A DNA stretch of 49,383 nt from a virus (IMGVR_UViG_3300027533_000027:1-49383), one strand, 5' to 3'; positions 27,714 to 37,498 are shown, numbered from the stretch's first letter. Numbers and translations: made by a program. The notes: generated by a model from the sequence alone, not told the origin.

Positions 27714-28592
27714 ATGCCCGTTGACAACTTCACTTGGACAGACAAAAACGGGAACGTACACCCGCACAAAACAAACATTGCGATTGCCAATGGTGAAGCG
27801 TGCATATCACCTAGCAGACCACAACCGCACGGGGGTAATTTAGGTTTAGTCAAACGAGTTGATGAGAACGGCAACCGTCACCCGCGATTATGTCAAGGTA
27901 TTAGGCGCGGTAAACCATGCGGACGATGGGCGCTAAAGGGAGTCAAGTATTGTCAATTCTGCGGGGGTAGAAGAATACAACGCAATGTTTCTGATTGTAT
28001 CGGAAACTTTCACGGGATTTTTGATGTGAGTAAATTACGCTTCTACGGCAAACGATTAGCGCCGAAGATGAAAGCGGTAATTGAGGAATTGCTAGACAAT
28101 CCCGAAAGCGAAACCCTGCGCTTAGATGAAGAATTGGCAATCGTCCGCGATATTGCTGGCGATGCTGTAGCGTTGTTGTCGGCAGCAAAAGAATTGCCCG
28201 ATGATAACCCAAAGAAAACAGAATTGCGCGCGGCCGCTAGTGCAATCGCTATGGATGCGATGCATCAAGTACGAACATTTACGCATACTGCCGCCGCTAT
28301 CAACTCTGTTAGCAAAGACAAGTTTTCTGTACACGCTTTGCAAGACGTTGTACAGCAAATCACAAAGATGGTTTACCTTTGCTTTGACCACGATAAAGAT
28401 GGTCTAGCATTGTTTGACCAAATGCTAACCGATCAATTGCGGTTGCCTAAGATTGGAGTTGATGGAACCAATCTAACGCCCGATATGGACGTTACGGAAA
28501 TGGATTCTACAATCCCATCTAGCGACGATGAGGACTTGAATTCAGAATCACAGACGGCAGAAGAAATACCCCCGTTATTGGAGCAACAGTAA
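27714..28592 (+). CDS. Putative terminase small subunit
   Basis: CQG...PCGRWALKG...CQFCGG zinc-like N-terminus, LDEELAIVR helix, acidic tail; first late gene. Confidence 0.55.
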   Translation: MPVDNFTWTDKNGNVHPHKTNIAIANGEACISPSRPQPHGGNLGLVKRVDENGNRHPRLCQGIRRGKPCGRWALKGVKYCQFCGGRRIQRNVSDCIGNFHGIFDVSKLRFYGKRLAPKMKAVIEELLDNPESETLRLDEELAIVRDIAGDAVALLSAAKELPDDNPKKTELRAAASAIAMDAMHQVRTFTHTAAAINSVSKDKFSVHALQDVVQQITKMVYLCFDHDKDGLALFDQMLTDQLRLPKIGVDGTNLTPDMDVTEMDSTIPSSDDEDLNSESQTAEEIPPLLEQQ

Positions 28593-28888
28593 TGTTTGCA
28601 AATTTCAATCAGAATACCGCCGCTGCGCATGTTGTCGTTGCCAATCAAGATAATCCGATTGTTGTTACGTCGTTGTATCTTTTAGCAGCGGGCGCAGTAA
28701 CGGTTACGATTGAAAATACAGCGGGTGACAACTTGATAGGACCAATGGCGATTGCTGCTAATGGTAATATCACGTTGCCGCATAATCCCGATGGATGGTG
28801 CAAAAGTGAAACGGGATTAAACATCCTACTTAGCGGAGCGGTGCAAGTAGGCGGGGTAGTTGGGTATTCAACCGCACGCAAGGTATAG
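28592..28888 (+). CDS. Small beta-rich putative virion protein
   Basis: Ala/Gly/Val/Asn-rich 98 aa. Confidence 0.6.
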   Translation: MFANFNQNTAAAHVVVANQDNPIVVTSLYLLAAGAVTVTIENTAGDNLIGPMAIAANGNITLPHNPDGWCKSETGLNILLSGAVQVGGVVGYSTARKV

Positions 28889-28892
28889 AGCG

Positions 28893-29030
28893 ATGCCGCG
28901 CAATCTTAAACAATGGGCGGAATTGTATTTTGCAATTCTGTTTATCGTGTTTGGTACAATCGCTGTTGTTTGTGCCAATGTTGTTTGGTCCCTCATCGAA
29001 AGGATTTTGCAATGGTTAGGTTTGCTTTGA
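28893..29030 (+). CDS. 45-aa TM protein, holin candidate
   Basis: MPRNLKQWAELYFAILFIVFGTIAVVCANVVWSLIERILQWLGLL, read directly; AAGG RBS. Confidence 0.5.
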   Translation: MPRNLKQWAELYFAILFIVFGTIAVVCANVVWSLIERILQWLGLL

Positions 29031-29428
29031 TCGTCGCTTTCGTGTTGTCGCTGGTTTCGTTCACCATGCCCGAATCTGCGGACGCTGGTTTGCGCCCGCG
29101 CACTTGGGGGAATCGTGGCGGATTGCGAAAGGTACTCCCCCGCAATTGGAACCGGCAACCACTACGCAAAGCGCTTCCCCGCAATTGGGGAAATCGCTGC
29201 CGGAATTGCTCCATTGAAAGCAACTGCGGTAACGAGTTGTGCGATTGCACCGATTGCACGGGGGAGAATTGCAATTGTGCCCCCGCACGTGCGCACGCGC
29301 CCGCAAGCGACGCGCCCGCGCAGGAAAACATTATCGGGGGTTTCCATCCGCCCGGTTTTCCAAAGTCGCCAGCGGCAACGGGAATTGCGGATGTACCGGA
29401 TGCAACAACGCTACCGCCAGCGCAATAG
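29012..29428 (+). CDS. Secreted cationic-repeat / Cys-rich peptide
   Basis: Signal peptide MVRFALIVAFVLSLVSF..ADA; LRK.LPRNW x2; CRNC...CGNELCDCTDCTGENCNC. Confidence 0.7.
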   Translation: MVRFALIVAFVLSLVSFTMPESADAGLRPRTWGNRGGLRKVLPRNWNRQPLRKALPRNWGNRCRNCSIESNCGNELCDCTDCTGENCNCAPARAHAPASDAPAQENIIGGFHPPGFPKSPAATGIADVPDATTLPPAQ

Positions 29429-29497
29429 ATGGAAGCGGAGTAGAGCAAAGCAAAAACGGAAACGGAATCCATAGTAACAAAACGAAAGGGAGTTGAA

Positions 29498-30058
29498 ATG
29501 CGTTTTGCTTTGTTTATCGTTTTGTTCGGTTCAATGTCTGCTATTGCGAATGACGAAACGCCAGTTAGCAAGATGCAACTTGAACCGGATACAAGAGCAT
29601 GGTTTCGCAACCCCGATGGTAGTTGCGTGCAATGTTCTATCGGAATGACTGGCGTACATTGCAACGACTTAAATGCAACTTCGCTGTTATGGGATACGCC
29701 ATACGGCAAAGCGCAGCGCGGCGGTAGTGGTCCTAGTCGCGTGGCGAACTACTGCAATGCACGGGGTATCAAAGCGTGGAATGTAACCGGGTATCCGCTT
29801 ACCGATCAATGGATGCGATGGGCGGCGCGTACGGGTCGATTTGCTGCAATTGGAGCGGGTGGAAACCATTTCCAAACTCTATACGGCTATGACCCGAATA
29901 CGAAAACGTGGTTTGTCTGTAACAACAATTCAACCGGTAAGGTTGATGAGTACAGCGAAGATGCGTTTAAGCGGTTGCACCTTGCTAGTGGTCCGTGGAT
30001 TGTCGTATTGCAACGTCCGTCTAGTGAGAATCCGCAACTGATTGAATGGTGGCGCTAA
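29498..30058 (+). CDS. Secreted papain-fold (C39-like) cysteine peptidase
   Basis: Signal peptide; GSCVQCS (Cys), NHFQTLYGYD (His), VCNNN (Asn), W.VVL. Confidence 0.7.
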   Translation: MRFALFIVLFGSMSAIANDETPVSKMQLEPDTRAWFRNPDGSCVQCSIGMTGVHCNDLNATSLLWDTPYGKAQRGGSGPSRVANYCNARGIKAWNVTGYPLTDQWMRWAARTGRFAAIGAGGNHFQTLYGYDPNTKTWFVCNNNSTGKVDEYSEDAFKRLHLASGPWIVVLQRPSSENPQLIEWWR

Positions 30059-30108
30059 CGTAGCGTTGCCGCATTCGTTTCACTTTGCCGCAATGAAAGG
30101 GCAATATC

Positions 30109-31314
30109 ATGTTTCGCTATCTGTTTACTTTGATTGCGCTGGCGGGTGCTACACTCGCATACGCGCAAACTCCCGTACCGAAACCCGAACCACCGAAACC
30201 GGTAATTGCTGCGCCTACATTAGAGGCAGACGTACCGGAAATCGCGGAATGGGAAATTGAGCGGCGCGGGAACATGGTTCAGGAAACCGGAACCATTCGC
30301 GCAAGCGATGTTGACATTATCGCGGACGCGCTTGCGGTTCCCGAAGATGATTCCCACAAGTGGTTTGTTTGTGTTGTCACAAAGGAAAATTGCAAGTATT
30401 GTGACAAACTCAAATACGACATTATCCATGCAAAGGAATTCCAAGCATGGATAAATGTTGACGAACCAGACAAGTCAACATGCCACTATCAAGTACGACG
30501 TATTGAGGATGCCACGCAACGCGATTGGTTTGCAGCGATCAAACCGCGTTTGGAAAAAGGTGGTTTCCCTGCAATCGTTATTCAACCACCGAAGAATAAC
30601 GAATACGGACCAAACAAAACCGTTGTACTGTTGTCGCATGGTTACGACGGCAACCCGGAAAAAACAACTCAACAATGGCGGGATGCCATTATTAAGTATG
30701 TTCGCACGTTGCAAGAGCGACGCGCTACGGGCGAAAACACGATTCGCAAAGCGGGGATTTCGCAAGTGGAACCGGGCGCGGGTGCTGATTCTACAATCGG
30801 TGCGCCCCCTCCCTTTGCGATTCCTAACACTGTTGTTAATCCGTTTCAACCAAACGGACCAGTTGACAATACATGGCCCCCTAGCGCACCAACTCCATTT
30901 ACTCCCGATCAAATCCGTTTGATGATTCCGCAAGCGGATGCGGAGTTTTGTTTGCAATGTATGACAGCAAAGGTTGCAGACCCGCAAACTTTGTTTTCGT
31001 ACTGGACAGCATGGCAACAACGCAAACCGGATGGAACGGTTGTAAACCCTACTACTCCCACCGTAACCAGCGGTGGGATAATGGGGGTACTCAGTTTGCT
31101 AATGGGCGGGGGCAATCTGCTAGGTCTAGCGTTTGGCGGATGGATGCTCTATCGCAAGATGCAAAAAGCAAACAACAAACCGCTGTTGATAACAGACGAA
31201 CAATTCAATTACCTTTATCAACTGCTAATGAACGGGGGACAGCAACAGCAGACGATTCAATCGGTCGCAAGCGCCCCCGTCCAAATCGTGCCGAAAGGGA
31301 GCGTACTGCAATAA
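30109..31314 (+). CDS. Secreted thioredoxin-fold protein with Pro-rich linker and C-terminal membrane segment
   Basis: Signal peptide; VVTKENCKYCDKLK (CxxC); GFPAIVI cis-Pro loop; hydrophobic GGIMGVLSLL...GWMLYRK. Confidence 0.7.
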   Translation: MFRYLFTLIALAGATLAYAQTPVPKPEPPKPVIAAPTLEADVPEIAEWEIERRGNMVQETGTIRASDVDIIADALAVPEDDSHKWFVCVVTKENCKYCDKLKYDIIHAKEFQAWINVDEPDKSTCHYQVRRIEDATQRDWFAAIKPRLEKGGFPAIVIQPPKNNEYGPNKTVVLLSHGYDGNPEKTTQQWRDAIIKYVRTLQERRATGENTIRKAGISQVEPGAGADSTIGAPPPFAIPNTVVNPFQPNGPVDNTWPPSAPTPFTPDQIRLMIPQADAEFCLQCMTAKVADPQTLFSYWTAWQQRKPDGTVVNPTTPTVTSGGIMGVLSLLMGGGNLLGLAFGGWMLYRKMQKANNKPLLITDEQFNYLYQLLMNGGQQQQTIQSVASAPVQIVPKGSVLQ

Positions 31315-31444
31315 GACCGTTTGCACCAATCGTTAATTGGTGGCGGTTTGTTGGGTCAATCCCTTTTTATTGTACTATCTTTTTCATTACTCTAATTGTG
31401 TTGATGATTGCATACGCAATTAGAGCAATGTTGAGATAGCCTAG

Positions 31445-31478
31445 CCGCACGCTACAACCTAGCGTGCGGTTTTTCTTT
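31445..31478 (+). terminator. Rho-independent terminator
   Basis: CCGCACGCTA-loop-TAGCGTGCGG then T tract. Confidence 0.85.
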
Positions 31479-31541
31479 AGGTAGGGGTACTAACTAAGAC
31501 CGCCGCAACCGTCACCAACAAACATCATTTGGAGTAGTGTA

Positions 31542-31973
31542 ATGAAATCTTTTAGCGAATACGCAAAGCGTTTGTTGTTTGTGCGATTGGGCGCGCTTGC
31601 AACAAATATCTTGGAAGCAATCAGCGGTTTCGGCTACAACGTAGTTCGCAAGGCGGCGGATTACACATTGACCGCAGACGATAGCGGGAAAACATTTCTC
31701 GCAACCGCTGCCGTCAATTTCACGCTGCCAACTCCCGCGAAAGGTTTGCATTACACAATCGGACAAATCGCGGATGCAAATTTGGCGATTCTTTCCGGCG
31801 GTAGTGCGGACAACATCATTGCAAAGAATGACGCGGGCGCGGATTCTGTTACGTTCTCAACAGCGGGAAACAAAATCGGCGCGTACTGTCATTTTGTTGC
31901 GGTTGAATCCGCTGCCGATACTTACAAATGGGCATTCTTTAACTGGTCCGATTGCACCGCAACGATTGCGTAG
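31542..31973 (+). CDS. Putative virion structural protein
   Basis: ADYTLTADDSGKTF...FTLP beta-rich pattern; GGAG RBS. Confidence 0.65.
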   Translation: MKSFSEYAKRLLFVRLGALATNILEAISGFGYNVVRKAADYTLTADDSGKTFLATAAVNFTLPTPAKGLHYTIGQIADANLAILSGGSADNIIAKNDAGADSVTFSTAGNKIGAYCHFVAVESAADTYKWAFFNWSDCTATIA

Positions 31974-32061
31974 CACAATCACGGTTCTCATCTTGTTTCG
32001 CATCTAATCTAACGCCAGCAATAGCGGGAAAACTATTGTTGGCGTTTCTTTTGCTAATGCA

Positions 32062-33408
32062 ATGCTAACCGCCGCTTGGAAACCGATGATGTACCATCCA
32101 ACGCAATCGGCGTTGTGGCGTACAACATCGCGTTTCGTTGCGGTAGTCGCGGGTCGCGGTTCCGGCAAAACAGATTTGGCGCGCAAACGGGTTGTGCGCA
32201 TGCTGCCGATTAAAAAACCGTGGTCCGATCCATACTATTTCTATTGCTTGCCAACCGTATCGCAAGCGAAACGAATTGCATGGAAAGAAATTCTCAAATT
32301 GATTCCGAAAGATTGGATAACGGAAATCAATAAAACCGAATTGCGAATTGATACCGTTTTCGGTAGCAGTTTGCAGATATTCGGAATGGACAAACCGGCA
32401 CGATTTGAGGGGTCGCAATATGATGGTGGAGTATTAGACGAAAGCAGCGACCAAAAACCAGATTGCTTTAAGCTATCGGTACTCCCCGCGCTATCGCATA
32501 GGCGCGCATGGTGCTGGCGTATTGGAGTACCTAAACGCTATGGAATCGGCGCGGAAGATTTCAAGCAGTTTTTTGATAATGGAGTTAAAGGGGAGTCATT
32601 GGTTGTCGATGATACGCTAAACATTGGGGACGATCTAAAAATACAATCGTTTTCATGGACTAGCGAAGATATTCTATCGCGTACTTCGCCCGCTGAATTA
32701 GCGTTTGCAAAAGCAAACCTAGAACTACGCGATTACAACGAACAATATCGGGCATCTTGGGAGCAAGTAGGCGGAAGAATCTTTTACGCTTACGATGATC
32801 TATACAACGTCGATTCCGCGATTAAGTATAGACCAGATTTGCCAATTGTCATTGGATCGGATTTTAATGTTGATCCTATGGCATGGGTAATCGGGCATCG
32901 GTACAAAAACCGTTTGGAAATCTTTGATGAATTGTTTATTCGCAATACATCAACTCAACAAACGCTAGACATACTGCTAGAGCGGTACAAAAACCATAAA
33001 TCAGGATGGGAATTCTTTGGCGATGCAACGGGACGCGCCCGAAAGACGGCAGCGAATCAAGCAGCGCAATCAGATTACCTAATCATTAGAGCGGATACAC
33101 GGTTTAAGGATGCCGCTGTATTCTACCCTAAATCAAATCCCGCTATTGTTGACAGGTTTGCAGCGTGCAACGCAATGTTTTGCAACGTCAACAAAGAGCG
33201 ACGCTGTACCATTCATCCCAACTGTAAACAACTTCGGAAAGACTTACAACAAAGAGTGTATGCGGAAGGGTCAAGGCATCCCGACGATAGCGGAGATATT
33301 GGACATATTAGCGATGGGTTAGGATACATTATCCATCGCGCCTACCCATTGCAACAATCAACATTAAACGCAAACCCCGGAATTGCTACCGATGCCAACC
33401 GCAACTAA
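32062..33408 (+). CDS. terL: Terminase large subunit
   Basis: Walker A AGRGSGKT, Walker B VLDE, nuclease GSDFN and HISDGLGY. Confidence 0.93.
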   Translation: MLTAAWKPMMYHPTQSALWRTTSRFVAVVAGRGSGKTDLARKRVVRMLPIKKPWSDPYYFYCLPTVSQAKRIAWKEILKLIPKDWITEINKTELRIDTVFGSSLQIFGMDKPARFEGSQYDGGVLDESSDQKPDCFKLSVLPALSHRRAWCWRIGVPKRYGIGAEDFKQFFDNGVKGESLVVDDTLNIGDDLKIQSFSWTSEDILSRTSPAELAFAKANLELRDYNEQYRASWEQVGGRIFYAYDDLYNVDSAIKYRPDLPIVIGSDFNVDPMAWVIGHRYKNRLEIFDELFIRNTSTQQTLDILLERYKNHKSGWEFFGDATGRARKTAANQAAQSDYLIIRADTRFKDAAVFYPKSNPAIVDRFAACNAMFCNVNKERRCTIHPNCKQLRKDLQQRVYAEGSRHPDDSGDIGHISDGLGYIIHRAYPLQQSTLNANPGIATDANRN

Positions 33409-34720
33409 TCAAACCGAATCAGCACCCCTAACCGAACAAACACAAGGACAAGTAATTACCGGTGGTGAATCGGTAGAGTTGGCGAAAGTAGCAGCGACAA
33501 GCGGCGCATTCTATCGCAAGGTGCGATTGATGCGCAAACATCCAACAGTTAAGTTGGCGCGTGCATTGGCAATCGCTCCGCTACTTGCTTCGCAATGGTC
33601 GATTGAATCCAAAGACGGCGCGCCCCCGGATGGAAAGGATTTCATACACGATTGCGTAATGCCGTTGCGCATGCATCTATTGAAAACTTCGTTGTATGGT
33701 TGTGTTGATTTTGGTTGGCAACCATACGAAAAAGTATTCAAGTTAAATGAGCTAGGTGCATTCGCGGGAAAGATTGTACCAGCGAAAGTCAAACCGTTAT
33801 TGCAAGACAAGACAAAGATTCTAGTTGATCCTGCAAACGGTTCATTCGCTGGATTGCTGAACGAAACAGCGATCAAAGTTGAATTAGGTATTCCCGAATC
33901 GTTGCTAGTCAACTTTGATGTTGAGGGAACAAATTGGTATGGTACTTCCGATATGGAAGCGGTTGAGGGACCATACGACGAATGGAACATTACAAATACC
34001 GCAAACGTAAGGTATGACAAAAAGATTGCGGGCGCGCATTGGGTCATACATTACCCGCCCGGTAAATCCCCATTCAACGGGGTCGATACAGACAATTATG
34101 AAATTGCCCGCAACTTGCTTGTTACTCTTGAAACAAGCGGGAGTTTCGTTGTCCCCCGTACTCTGCAAAACTTTGTTGATGATTTAAACAAAGATCAACC
34201 CGCATGGATCATTGAACTAAAGAGTACATATCCGACAAGCGGCGCAGCGTTTATTGAGCGACTTAACTACATTGACAAGTTGCTAGTACGCGCTTTCGGT
34301 TTACCGGAACGTGCGGTTTTAGAGGGGCAATTCGGAACGAAAGCAGAAGCGGAAGCGCATGCGGATTTTGCAATTACCAATATGGAGTTGCGGCATCAAA
34401 TCATGGTGCAACAATACAATTGGCATCTAGTAAACCAGTTGTTGAGATTGAACTACGGACCAGAAACGGAAAACACAGTTTGGATTGCGGTTGCTCCCAT
34501 TACCGATCTAGCGTTGCAATACTTGCGTAAGATTTACGAAGTATTTCTAAGCAACATAGAAGGATTTGCGCAAGAGGCAGATTCGATTGATATGGCAGCG
34601 TTGCGAGATAAACTAGGTATTCCGACAATTTCGGATGAGCAACGCGCGGGAGCGGATGAAACCGAAGCGCGAAACGGTATGCGGCGGATGGTTGACGATT
34701 TGCTACCGGCAGCGGAGTAA
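33392..34720 (+). CDS. Portal protein (Mu gp29/DUF935-like)
   Basis: Follows terL; FGWQPYEKVF, NWYG.S, GTKAEAEAH, LLRLNYG. Confidence 0.85.
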   Translation: MPTATNQTESAPLTEQTQGQVITGGESVELAKVAATSGAFYRKVRLMRKHPTVKLARALAIAPLLASQWSIESKDGAPPDGKDFIHDCVMPLRMHLLKTSLYGCVDFGWQPYEKVFKLNELGAFAGKIVPAKVKPLLQDKTKILVDPANGSFAGLLNETAIKVELGIPESLLVNFDVEGTNWYGTSDMEAVEGPYDEWNITNTANVRYDKKIAGAHWVIHYPPGKSPFNGVDTDNYEIARNLLVTLETSGSFVVPRTLQNFVDDLNKDQPAWIIELKSTYPTSGAAFIERLNYIDKLLVRAFGLPERAVLEGQFGTKAEAEAHADFAITNMELRHQIMVQQYNWHLVNQLLRLNYGPETENTVWIAVAPITDLALQYLRKIYEVFLSNIEGFAQEADSIDMAALRDKLGIPTISDEQRAGADETEARNGMRRMVDDLLPAAE

Positions 34721-34750
34721 GGGTACATACCGCTAGTCTGCTCTACCCGC

Positions 34751-34785
34751 GCCCGCACGCGCGTACCTATGGCGCGCGTGCGGGC
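34751..34785 (+). terminator. 13-bp GC hairpin after the portal gene
   Basis: GCCCGCACGCGCG / CGCGCGTGCGGGC with weak T tail. Confidence 0.55.
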
Positions 34786-34816
34786 AATTTATCCTTTGAT
34801 TAAACTTGCGTGAATC

Positions 34817-35245
34817 ATGCCAGCGTATAACGATGCCGATGATATTTACCTAGTGTTTGGTCAAACCAATACTAGGAAATGGGCAAACGCTGATAACGTC
34901 GCGGACAGCGGAGCGGGTGCAACGGCAATCAATAACCGTATTACATGGGCATCACAAAAGGCAACTGATTATATCAACGATAGGTTGCGGCGAACATATT
35001 ACGATATTCCATTTGATACCCCGCCGCAAACAATCATCGACCTATCGGCGCAACTAGCCGGTTGTACGCTGTATCAAATGCCGCGCGGATTGGTTGAGGG
35101 AGAAGATGCGCAAGCGGCAATGCAAGCGGTACGCGATGAGGCGGAAGCGCTATTAGCGCGTATCGTTGCGGGTCAAATCAAGTTGGATGTTGAAATGTCC
35201 GTTACTTCCGTTCCGGGCATTGTTAATGCGGAGGATACAGCGTAA
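34817..35245 (+). CDS. Head-tail adaptor (Mu gp36/DUF1320-like)
   Basis: A...IN..L...Y.IP pattern; ending LARIVAGQIKL. Confidence 0.75.
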   Translation: MPAYNDADDIYLVFGQTNTRKWANADNVADSGAGATAINNRITWASQKATDYINDRLRRTYYDIPFDTPPQTIIDLSAQLAGCTLYQMPRGLVEGEDAQAAMQAVRDEAEALLARIVAGQIKLDVEMSVTSVPGIVNAEDTA

Positions 35246-35258
35246 GGGAGTACAGTTT

Positions 35259-35477
35259 ATGCGAATGATGTTGATTGTTTGTGTTGTTTCCGCTTGCATC
35301 GTATCGGGTTGTGGTCCTACGGAAGTGAATGTAAAGCATGATGCAACCGTAAAACACAAAATCGAATTTCCCGAACCACCGAAAGACATTAACGGGAATC
35401 CGATTCCTATTCAACCCGTTATTGTCTTTCCAAAGATTGAGCGAAAACCACGCGAACAAAAACAACCGCGCCGCTAA
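35259..35477 (+). CDS. Pro-rich lipoprotein (o-spanin-like or exclusion lipoprotein)
   Basis: Lipobox IVSGC after a hydrophobic leader; AAGGGAG RBS. Confidence 0.6.
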   Translation: MRMMLIVCVVSACIVSGCGPTEVNVKHDATVKHKIEFPEPPKDINGNPIPIQPVIVFPKIERKPREQKQPRR

Positions 35478-35479
35478 CA

Positions 35480-36358
35480 ATGCCGTTATCGCCAATCTTT
35501 TTGCAACGCTCCCTAAAAGACTTAGACAACATAACACGGTTGTCTATTCGTTCTGCCGTGCGCGTTAGTGGAAAGATTAGGGCAAGGCAAATTGAGTCTT
35601 TCCGTAGCGGTAACAAATTCCATGTTGCGCCGTATGTCGTTAAGCAGTTACATCAACTGCTAGTTAATACGATGATGGCGGCGCATCTTTCCGGTTTCCG
35701 CCGCTTCTATTTGATTAAGCGGCAGGAACCGTCATTGATGAGGAAACTAAAAGCGGGGGCATTGCAACTGTCCGCGCTAGATGATGCGTTAAGCATCTTG
35801 CAAAAGCGCACGGGGTTAGACCTAAAAGAGTTGCAAGAGAAGTACGATACGCAAGCGTTGCGAATACTCAACAACGTATCGGAAGAAATTGAGGGACAAC
35901 TAGAGGAAACCTTTGCAGACCTAGTACGCGAAGGGGCATCCGCACGCGAAGCAATTAAGGTTTTAGGGGAACGGTTTAACGAATTGGGATTGTCACCAAA
36001 GAAACCGTTTCAACTTGAAACTATTTTTCGTACACAAGTACAATTGACATTCGGCGCAGGTAAATGGCAAGCGGAGCAAGACCCCGATATACAAGAGATA
36101 CTTTGGGGTTACAAGTATGTAACAGTTGGCGATGATAGAGTTAGAGAATCACACGCTGTACTAGATAATGTAACGCTGCCAAAGGGTGATTCTTTTTGGT
36201 CCCGATTCTATCCGCCTAATGGTTGGAATTGTCGTTGTCAAGCGATTCCAATTTTTGAGGAAAGAGAAATCAGCAAACCACCGGATACGCTAGAGAACGG
36301 CGCGGAACTATCGCCCGATAAGGGGTTTGATTTTAACCCCGGACAAGTATATCAGTAG
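35480..36358 (+). CDS. Head morphogenesis protein (Mu F / SPP1 gp7-like)
   Basis: TIFRT, YVTVGDDRVRESH, YPPNGWNCRC. Confidence 0.9.
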   Translation: MPLSPIFLQRSLKDLDNITRLSIRSAVRVSGKIRARQIESFRSGNKFHVAPYVVKQLHQLLVNTMMAAHLSGFRRFYLIKRQEPSLMRKLKAGALQLSALDDALSILQKRTGLDLKELQEKYDTQALRILNNVSEEIEGQLEETFADLVREGASAREAIKVLGERFNELGLSPKKPFQLETIFRTQVQLTFGAGKWQAEQDPDIQEILWGYKYVTVGDDRVRESHAVLDNVTLPKGDSFWSRFYPPNGWNCRCQAIPIFEEREISKPPDTLENGAELSPDKGFDFNPGQVYQ

Positions 36359-36412
36359 GTCTAGCCGCTGGCCGCTCCGCTAACCTAGAGGGTTTCCGGG
36401 TACATACCGTCT

Positions 36413-37498
36413 ATGTCTATCCTCAACTTTGCTTACGATGTTCCAAATACGGAACCGCTTGAATTGAGCGGAAGCAATCCGTTAGTACGTCGTAAAGAGT
36501 TGATTTACGTTGGACATTTTGAGAAGAAAACAGCGCGGGAGCATATCAAGTTTTCCGTTGACGAAAAAGTATTGCAACATTGGCACAATACTTTTATCGC
36601 AATGAGTGCAAACGGGGTTGATATTCCCGTACCGAAAGAACATACCACCGATACAGACCAGCGGCGCGGTACTCTGATTAAAACAGAAATCAGACAAAAC
36701 AAAAGAGGAATTCCCGCGCTATATGGTTACATCGAATTTAAGGATGAGCAATCCTTAAAACTTGGCGAAAGCGCCAACGTCTCAATTTTCGTACCCGATG
36801 AATATACGGATGGTAAAGCAAACCTTTATCATCGTCCGATTCGTCATGTTGCCTTGACGGATTATCCCGTAATTCCGGGGTTAGAAAAATTTGAGGCAAT
36901 CGCGTTATCTTTAACCCTTGCGGAGAATCCAAACATGGCGCTTCGTTCTATTGCGGACAAATTGGGAATTGACAAAAAGGTTGAGGAAAAAGAATTGGAA
37001 GCGGCAATTGATAAGGCAGTTGCGGCGCTTCTGAAAAAGGTAAGCGCTGCCGCCAGCGACCCGCCTAACCCCGCAGGCGACCCGCCAGCGACCCCGCCCG
37101 CGCCGGCGACCCCGCCAGCGACCCCGCCCGCGCCGCCGGTACAGCAAGGCAATCCGCCCGTTGTAACGGCAAGCATGGTCAACCTTTTGCGTGACAATCG
37201 CAAAATGAAACTGGATACGCTGGTTAAGAATGGAAACATTACGCCAGCGGTTTTGGACGATTTGACCAAATCGCATTTGAGCGATGGCGCTTTGTCGCTT
37301 TCGCTTTCCAATACCGATGTTAAGGCAATCGACCCATTTGATTCGCTTTTGTCGGCGCTTTCCAAAAATGACCCCGTGAAACTGCGGGAGCAATCTGGAC
37401 CGCAAGGCAATACGGTTGCTCTTTCGCATTCGCTTGACGCGAACGAAAATCCGCTCATCAAAAACGCGGAAGCGCGTGCGGCAGCGGCGAAGCAATAG
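36413..37498 (+). CDS. Prohead protease/scaffold (Mu gpI-like)
   Basis: PKEH, HVALTDYPVIPG; Pro/Ala linker; helical C-terminal scaffold. Confidence 0.8.
   Translation: MSILNFAYDVPNTEPLELSGSNPLVRRKELIYVGHFEKKTAREHIKFSVDEKVLQHWHNTFIAMSANGVDIPVPKEHTTDTDQRRGTLIKTEIRQNKRGIPALYGYIEFKDEQSLKLGESANVSIFVPDEYTDGKANLYHRPIRHVALTDYPVIPGLEKFEAIALSLTLAENPNMALRSIADKLGIDKKVEEKELEAAIDKAVAALLKKVSAAASDPPNPAGDPPATPPAPATPPATPPAPPVQQGNPPVVTASMVNLLRDNRKMKLDTLVKNGNITPAVLDDLTKSHLSDGALSLSLSNTDVKAIDPFDSLLSALSKNDPVKLREQSGPQGNTVALSHSLDANENPLIKNAEARAAAAKQ
37081..37135 (+). repeat. 25-bp direct repeat (30-bp period) encoding the PPATPPAP linker
   Basis: CCCGCCAGCGACCCCGCCCGCGCCG at 37081 and 37111. Confidence 0.85.

Noticed and set aside
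30948-31439. 163-aa ORF overlapping the thioredoxin-like gene
   Set aside because: Mostly an alternate-frame overlap; only the last ~42 codons (a TM peptide after an AGGGAG RBS) look real, and they lack a standard start codon
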